Positions 56,111 to 64,000 of a stretch of 64,000 nucleotides of DNA are shown here, piece by piece. The notes below the pieces were generated by a model that did not search any database, was not told the DNA's origin, and was given only the letters and a program-made list of their open reading frames with translations. Made by a program: the position numbers and the translations under genes. This DNA comes from Dictyostelium discoideum (taxonomy: Eukaryota): contig CM000152.2 of assembly GCA_000004695.1 (NCBI GenBank), forward strand, positions 5,184,001-5,248,000, read 5' to 3'. Each line of letters opens with the position of its first letter. Position 1 is the first letter of the stretch.

Positions 56111-56944
56111 GGTGCCTGTGTATTTCATAGTTTCATGAAACGACGTTCCAGCAATTTCACCACTTTTTAACATCATTTTAATTTCAGCATCAGATTTAAT
56201 TAATCTAATTTGTTGTAATAATGATTCTACAGTGTAAAATTTAATATTTTCTAAAAATGGTTCTAATTTATTTGATAATTGATTCCATGGTGTTGTGTTA
56301 CAATAGAGTTTACCATCAGTGGTTGATTTTAATAGTTTACCTAGTATTGGGATATCTCTATTTGTTAAATTATAACCGAAATCAATTCCAAAATATTTTT
56401 TTACATTTTCACCACCACATCGTGCACCATCCCATTTCTCTTTTTCTTCATTACGTTCACGTACGAATAGATATGATTGATGATCAAGTTCTGATGTTTT
56501 CACTAATACCAACACTGCTTCTGGTTCATTGAATCCTGTTAAATAATTGAAATTTGTATTTTGTCTAAATGACCAAGGTATATCATAAGACATCATTGGC
56601 TCTGGTGGTGTAAATATAACAACAACACTACCAATTGGGAAATTTTTCATTAATTTCTCTCTTCTATCTTTAAATTCTTTCATTTTTATACCTTTTGTAA
56701 TTTCATTTTTATCTAATAAATATGGATGTGTTTCAAATGTTGCTTGTCCAATTGATAATGGTTTTTTTAATTTATTATTATTAGTATTATTAGTTGAATA
56801 AAATCTATTTAAATTTAATGATGAGGAAAACATTTTTGCATTTTTAATTAAACAATTTGTTTTAATTTTTGATGATGTTGATGATAATGATGATGATGAT
56901 TTTGAAATAATGAATTTATTTAATTTGCATATATTATTCATCAT
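55385..56944 (-). CDS. Xaa-Pro aminopeptidase (M24B; XPNPEP3-like, probable mitochondrial presequence), 519 aa
   Basis: Single ORF. N-terminal Ser-rich/basic presequence-like segment (RFYSTNN). AMP_N domain, then pita-bread motifs LLMDAGCEYWGYTSDITRTFPV, HSIGHYLGMDTHD, GMIITIEPGIY, ISIRVEDDVVI. Confidence 0.85.
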
Positions 56945-57502
56945 TGTAATATAATGGATTTTCCCAATTCAAAGAAAAATAATTTTACAAAAATGAAATA
57001 AAAAAAAAAAAAAAAGTCGCAAAATTTTACAAAAAGCAAAAAAAAATAAAAAATAAAAAATAAAAAATAAAAAATAAAAAATAAATTAAATAATATATTA
57101 AAAATTAAAACTAATTTTCAGTGTTGGTTAAAAAATTAAAAGAAGTCTAAAAAAAAAATAAATAAAAAAAAAATTTAAAAAAAAATATAAAAAAAGGCTT
57201 TGGCTAAGATACAAAACCAAGGCAATCAATCACCTCCAATTTATTTTTTTTATTTTTAATTTATTTTTTGTAATTTTTTTTTTTTTTTTTTTTAATTTTT
57301 TTTTTTTTTTTTTTTTGAAATTCATCAAATTTCTGAAAAACACAGAGAACTTAAATTATCTTTTTTATTCTCTCTTTTTTATTCAAATAATTAGTAATAA
57401 ATTAAATTTTAAGGTTGAATAATATTATATAAATAATAATAATAATAATAAAAGTAAAAAAGAAATATTAATAAATCTCGAGATTTATATACATATAAAA
57501 AT

Positions 57503-57557
57503 ATGACAACAAGTGTTAGGGCATCTAAACAGCAACAACATACAAAATCTCAACATG

Positions 57558-57589
<32 letters not shown>

Positions 57590-59356
57590 ACAGAAACTAC
57601 TATAAAAGATGATAATAAAAATGGGAAAGGGAATTATAATTTTAAATCATTTTTATTAATTCTTTTTTCAGCAATACTCATTAGAATAATTTTATTTTAC
57701 CAAGGTTTTGATCAACTATTTTCAAATAGAAATGAAATTACAACACCTTTAACAAGTTTTAAAAGATGTATGTAATTTATAATAATAATAATAATAATAA
57801 AAATAGTTTATTAATTATTATTTTTTTTTTTTTTTATTATAAAAAAAGTGGTTGAAGGATTACATTTAAGAGAATTGGGATTATCACCATATGCAGGATC
57901 AGCATATCATCAACCACCATTGGTTTTATTATTATTTTATCCATTTGTAAATAGTATTAATATTAGTAATAATAATAATAATAGTGGTGATGGTAATAAT
58001 TATTTAATATTTGGAATATTTGAAAAATCACAAATTTTATTTTTAATAATTGATTGTATAATTGCAATAGTGTTAAGAGAGATTGCAAAACAAATACCAA
58101 GAGTATTGCCAAAGGAGATGAAACCGATATCGGCCAATAGTAATCTACCAAATATAACAGCTGCATTATACTTGTTTAACCCATTCACAATTTTCACATG
58201 TATTGGTATGAGTACTATAAATTTAACAAATTTAGCCATAGTTTTGTCATTGTATTATTCGTTGAAAGGCATGATATTTCAATCGGTTTTCTCTGTGGCA
58301 ATGGCTTCCTATCTATCGATTTATCCAGTGGTTTTAATTTTTCCATGTGCTTTAATCTTAAAACATCATTTCTTTCCACCTCAACAAACTCAACCTGTAG
58401 CTCAAAATCAGTTACCATCTGATCAATCAAAACAATTAAAACAATTACTTGAAAGAAATGAAAGACCAATGTTATTACTATTTTATTTTAGAATTTTAAT
58501 CTTTTTCCTCCTTTCAATATCTTCCCTCTTTTATCTATCTTTTACTTTTTTAAATAGTTGGGAATTCTTTGAAAAATCTTATAAATTTACATTTTTCGTT
58601 GAAGATTTAACTCCAAATATTGGTAATGTATTTTATTTATTATTAAAATATATATTTATATATTTATATATATATAACATATATATTAATATTTTGTTTA
58701 TTTTTGGTATAGGTTTATTTTGGTATTATTTTATTGAAGTATTCGATCATTTTAGAAATTTATTTTTATTTATATTTCAATATCATGTATTTATCTATTG
58801 TATACCATTAGCAATAAGATTAAAAGATCATCCATTATTTTATTTTTGGTCATTATGTGCAATCATTGCAACTTTTAAATCTTATCCAGCATTGGGTGAT
58901 ACTGCATTACATGTCTCATTATTACCATTACTCTATCAACCATTGAAAGGTGTAAAATATAGTTTCATTGTTATTGTTGTCGCTATTTTCGTTACAGTTT
59001 TAGCACCAATCCTTTGGCAAATGTGGATTTATCAAGGTACTGGAAATGCAAACTTTTATTATACAATTAATTTGGTTTTCACTATCGCCCAAGTTTTATT
59101 GATAGTTGATTCTTTATCTGTACTTTTAAAATTAGATTATGTAAATAAAATTAATTTAAAAAATAAATTATTAGAAAATAATCAAATTGAACAACAACAA
59201 CAACAACAACAACACCAACAAGAAAAAGAAAAAGAACAACAAGAAAAAGAACAACAAGAAGAACAACAAGATGAAAAAACTGATCTTGAAAGTAGTAGTC
59301 AAAAAATTGATGATAATAATAATGAAAATAATAGTGAAGAAAATGAAGAAAAGTAA
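57503..59356 (+). CDS. GPI transamidase component PIG-U (CDC91-like), ~590 aa with a Q/E-rich C-terminal tail. CDS = join(57503..57767,57849..59356).
   Basis: ...TPLTSFKR|LVEGLHLRELGLSPYAGSAYHQPPLVLLLFYPF matches PIG-U [31 protein letters not shown]. Donor T|GTATGT, acceptor AAAG|TG. Multi-pass hydrophobic body. Confidence 0.8.
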
Positions 59357-59941
59357 ATAAAACAAAATAAAACAAAATTAAATAAAATAGCAATTAAATA
59401 AATAAAAAATTAATAATAGTTATTTAATTTTTTTTTTTTTTTTATTTTTATTTATTATTTTATATAATCTTTTTTTATTATTTTTGGAGACAGCCTATTT
59501 ACATAAACCAAAGAAAGGGCAATAGTAAAATAATTATTACTAAATCTTTAAATACTAAACAAGTACTAATCAATTGTGTAAAAATTAATTTTTATACAAA
59601 ATTGACCCTTTAATACATTTATTTTTATTTTTTATTCTAAATGTGGTTTCTTTTAAAAATATTAAAAAAAAAAGATAATCATACTTTATTTGTTTTTTAT
59701 TTTTTTTATTTTTTTTTTTTTATAAAAGTACCTTTTTTTTAATTAATTTAAAAAGAAGAAAATAATTTAAAATTATAAACTTTACTAATTTATTAATGTT
59801 TTTATTAATATTTTAATTAATATTTTTATTAATATTTTTAATAAAAAATAAATAAAAATAAAAAAAAAGAAATATATATAGAGTTTTTTTTTTTTTTTTT
59901 TTTATTTTTAAAAAGATATTAAAAAATTTGGATAATTTTAA

Positions 59942-60281
59942 ATGACTATCATTGGTATGTTTTTTAATTTTTTTTTTTTTTTTTTTTTTTTTTTCAAATA
60001 AAAACTAAATATTTAAAAGTAAAATTACTAATTAATTATTTTTAAAAAAAGGAAATCTTTCTTGTATAAATCATGTTGGATTAGGTAATTTTTCCAAAAA
60101 ATCCTCAAACTATTCAAATTTTTCAAATTCTATTTCTTTTGGAAAAAATCAAAACTCTGACCAAATAATTGATGCTGTTCTTGGATTAATTATAAGAGAT
60201 GGTGGTATTGTTGATGGTTTGTTTGGTAATGGAAGTTCATTGAATAAATTTTTCTCACAATTTTTTGGAAAATCAAGTTAA
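59942..60281 (+). CDS. HssA/2C/7E-family-like small Gly/Ser-rich protein (~81 aa). CDS = join(59942..59954,60052..60281).
   Basis: Micro-exon ATGACTATCATTG with GTATGT donor, then AAAG| acceptor, giving MTIIGNLSCINHVGLGNFSKKSS...DAVLGLIIRDGGIVDGLFGNGSSLNKFF. The MTI(L/I)G start across a micro-exon is characteristic of this family. Confidence 0.45.
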
Positions 60282-61781
60282 TAAAATAAAAATTTATTTA
60301 TATTTATTAATAAAACAATTAAATTTGACACTTTTTTTTTTTTTTTTTTTAACGATTTAATTTTATTTATTTTTAATAAGAATACAGTATATAAAAATAG
60401 ATCACTAGGAAATAATACAAAATTATATAAAAAAATAAAAAAACTGTTTTGGACTTTTTTTTTTTTTTTTTTTATTTATAAGGTAATAATTTCATTTTGA
60501 AATTTAATTATTTATAGTTCATTTTTTGCAATTGTTTTTATTTTTGGTAAAATAACAATTTTATCAATAGATTGTCCTTCAAAAAAAAAAATTAAAAAAA
60601 AATTAAAATTAATTTTATTTTCAAAACAATATTAAGCTACAGATTAAATAATAACAAAGCAAATCTAGAATAGTTAGAATATTAAAAAATAAATAGTTAA
60701 AAAGAAATTTTTTTTTTTTAATTAAGATATCACAACAACTACAGTTAGTAATTATAATTTGAAAGACGCATGCAATTTGAAGACAAAGTATCACATTATA
60801 CGATACTTAATTTTGTTATCATATCATTCAGTAACACGTTTATATAATAAATGGCAATGTTATACATACATATATATTAGAGATAAAATTAAATTATAAA
60901 ATAAATAAATTGCAATAACGACACATTTTTATGAATTATATATATGATATAAATAATTAATTAAATAAATAAAGATAATTTATAAAATAAATAATTTAAT
61001 TATAAAATAACCGATAAAATAAATAATCATTAAATTATAAATTAAATAAATTATAATAACGACATGTAAATGAAAGTATATTAAATAAATAAATAATAAT
61101 TTATTTAAAAAATAATTTAATAATCAAATAATTTAGTATATAAATAATTTTAAAACCAAATGACTTTGAAAAAAAAAAATTATAAATAGTTTAGTAAATA
61201 AATAGTTTAATAAACAAATAATTCAATAAATAATAGTTTTGAGCAACAACAAATAAATTATATTGTAATAAATTATATTACATTCTCAAAGATGAACGAT
61301 CAAAAAAATATTTCAATCAATGAAGCTATCAAGCAATTTCCACAAGAATTCAACAATCGTATTGGATTCGAATTAAATAGAATAAACACCAACCTTAGAT
61401 TCTCACATTTCGAGGAACAAAGAGGGAATATGTTTTTTTTAATGTCAAATTTGAATGTTTGAAAAAATAAAATTAAAAAAAAAAAAAAAAAAAAAAACAA
61501 ATAAAATATTCCACATTTAATTCATTTATTATTTGGATTTAAAAGAAAAAATAATAAAAAATTAAAGAAAAAAAAAGAATTCAATTCAATACAATCAATT
61601 TTTATATTAAAAATATATTAAATCAACTGTGTAAAAAAAAAAAAAAAAATTAAAAATAAAAATGAAAAAAAATTATAAAAAAAAAAAAAAAAAAAAAACC
61701 TTTTAAAATAATCCAGATTTAATTCATTTATTATTTAATTTGAAAACTTTAATAAAAAATAAAAATCTCATATGTCGTTTT

Positions 61782-61813
<32 letters not shown>

Positions 61814-61885
61814 CAATTTTTTTTTTTTTTTTTTTTTTATTACTTTTTTTTTTTTTTTTTTTTTTTTTATAACAAATAAATAAAA

Positions 61886-63937
61886 ATGAATAAAAATAAT
61901 AAATCTTTTAATAATGAAGAATCAGTATCACCAGAATTAACAGGATCAGTGATGTTTGATTCTACAGATTGGATTAAATTAAAAACTTTACAATTATTTT
62001 CAATTATAGATTCATTCAAGATTAGTTTATTTCTAGATGAACAAGTTACTCTAGTGATTGATAGACAAATTAGTGGACCATTTAGTTTAATATTTACATT
62101 ACAACAATTAAATGAAAGAGGAATTCATAACTTAACATATTTTGAAGATTTAAAAGTTACCGATAAAACTAAATCAATTATTTTCCTTTGTAGGCCACGT
62201 TTAGAATTAATTCAAAAGATTTCACAATTTATACAACAACAAAAACAAAACTCTTTAAAATATCATTTAATTGCAATACCAAATTTAGATGCTTCTTCAA
62301 ATTATTTATTAGAATCTGAAGGTTTATTAGATTGTAATTATCAAATTATAATTTTATTATTACACTTTTTTTTTTTAATTAAATCTTTATTAATTTTAAT
62401 TTTAATTTTAATTAATAATAAATAATAAATAATGAGATTAGATTTAAAAATTGAATCATATGATTTTGGATTTATACCATATGATAATGATTTATTTTCA
62501 ATGGAAATTGGTGATTTTTATTCAAGATGTTTTGTAGAGAATGATAATTATCAATTAAATTCAATTGGTAAAAGTTTTATAAAATTACAACAACTCTATG
62601 GACCATTTAAAACTATAGTTGGTAAAGGTAGTAAATCTTTAATAATTTCAGAACATATTCAACAACTTCAAACCTTAATACCACCAATTGAACAAAGTAA
62701 ATTGAAAACATTGATTCTTATTGATCGTACAGTCGATTTAATACCATTACTATGTACACAACAAACCTATCAAGGCTTAATTGATGAAGAAATTAAAATT
62801 TCAAATAGTCAATCAATTATCATTGAAAAGGATATTGAAATTAGGGAACAAGTGTTAGTAAGTCCACCAACTCAAGAACCAAAGAAATTTGAAGAACGTG
62901 TTGTTAGAATTGAAAAAGAAAAGAAAAAGTTACCATTATCACCATTTTCAGATTTATTCTATCAACAAGTTAAAGATTTATCATTTTCAAGTGTACCAAC
63001 GATGTTATATTTAAATGCACAATCAATTTCCAATGGTATGAATGAATTAAAGAAATCCAATAGTCAACTATTATCTCTACCTGAAATTAAGAAACTTTTA
63101 TCAAAAATACCAGATGTAAATAAAAAACAACAACTTTTAGAACTTCATACTGAAATTGTTCAAGAATTATTAAAACGTGTAAATTCTGATGACTTTCATC
63201 AAAAAATATCCATAGAGTTTGAAATGTTATTTCAAATGTCAAATAATTTTATTGGTAGTAATGGTAATACTGCTTCATCAGTTTTAGACTTTATTGAGAA
63301 TTTAATCATTAGAAAGAAACCAATGTATCAAGTTTTACGTTTACTATCAATTTGTTGTTTAACCGTTGGTATTAAAGATCAAAAACAATATGAAAATATT
63401 TTAAAATCATTTATTCATGTTTATGGTATTCAAGAAATGACAACTTTAATGAGATTAGAAAAAGCTGGTTTACTTGGAAATAATAATAATAATAATAATT
63501 TAAAATTTAAATTATCTTCACAATTATTTAAAAATTTTAATTTAATAATTGACAATAATGAAAATAGTAGTAGTAGTGGTAAAGAAAATGATAATGATAA
63601 ATTAAAAGAATATGATCAAGTTTATCAAGGTTATATACCTTTAATTACAAGAATCATTGAAGAAGGTCAAAAAAATAAACAACAAGGTTGGTTCAATAAA
63701 AGTTTAGAATCAAAATTAAATTGTATCGATCAACCATTTTTCATTAAAGAATTACAAACTACCTCAAATTATGATATAAACTCTTTCACTATGGTAATGT
63801 TTGTTGGTGGTGTTTCATTTGCTGAAATCTCTTCTTTAAGAACTTTAAAAAAGAAATATGGTAGGGGAAGTGGATATGATTTCATTTTTGGTACAACCTC
63901 TTTAATTAATGGTGATAATTTTTTAAAAAATTTATAA
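61886..63937 (+). CDS. Sec1/Munc18-family protein Vps33 (HOPS/CORVET subunit), ~647 aa. CDS = join(61886..62333,62442..63937).
   Basis: KSIIFLCRPRLELIQKI (cf. KNIIFFVRPRLELMDII), LESEGLLD|YLKIESYDFGFIPYDNDLFSME (cf. DLIPFDGDLLSMESEG), and C-terminus MVMFVGGVSFAEISSLRTL...YDFIFGTTSLINGDNF (cf. [20 protein letters not shown]...YVIATTKLMNGTSW). Donor T|GTAATT, acceptor ATTAG|AT. Confidence 0.85.
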
Positions 63938-63956
63938 ATCAAAAAATAAAATATAT

Positions 63957-63999
<43 letters not shown>

Positions 64000-64000
64000 T

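Overview
Organism and overall layout: this window looks like nuclear DNA from a Dictyostelium-type social amoeba rather than a prokaryote. It is extremely AT-rich, with A/T homopolymers of 50-70 nt and (AAT)n/(CAA)n tracts encoding poly-Asn/poly-Gln. Introns are short and AT-rich, with GTAAGT/GTATGT donors and YAG acceptors. The prokaryotic feature types (CRISPR, operons, IS elements) do not apply. No tRNA or rRNA gene was recognisable by eye. The first ~6.2 kb is almost gene-free and contains only two 32-codon Gly-rich mini-ORFs. The rest is gene-dense, with about 30 protein-coding genes, many with one or two introns that I reconstructed by hand from the ORF track.

Confident calls: AP-1 gamma-adaptin, Sec23, Vps33, the GPI transamidase subunit PIG-U, acyl-protein thioesterase, a UCH-L deubiquitinase, a mitochondrial Xaa-Pro aminopeptidase, a class II aldolase/adducin-domain protein, a Siw14-like phosphatase, a DH-PH RhoGEF, an eIF4E-family protein, the kleisin Nse4, a SHAQKYF-class Myb protein with RS and RD/RE repeats, and a FNIP-repeat protein. 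Less certain calls: an MPG/AAG-like DNA glycosylase, a PA14 cysteine-rich secreted protein, a ponticulin-like GPI protein, a Complex1_LYR protein, an HssA/2C/7E-like small protein and a tandem NTF2-like protein.

Most unusual structure: an ~0.8 kb segment is present twice in direct orientation (17379-18172 and 20348-21201, ~85% identical). It spans the FNIP 3' end, the intergenic region and the first ~87 nt of the RhoGEF CDS. The two copies bracket a 2.2 kb block that carries a 3' fragment of calcineurin A. That fragment is truncated exactly at the repeat edge and has an internal +1 frameshift, so I call it a pseudogene relic. Several introns in the window carry long pure trinucleotide microsatellites.

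I found no convincing novel multi-gene system. This is a eukaryotic chromosome arm segment.
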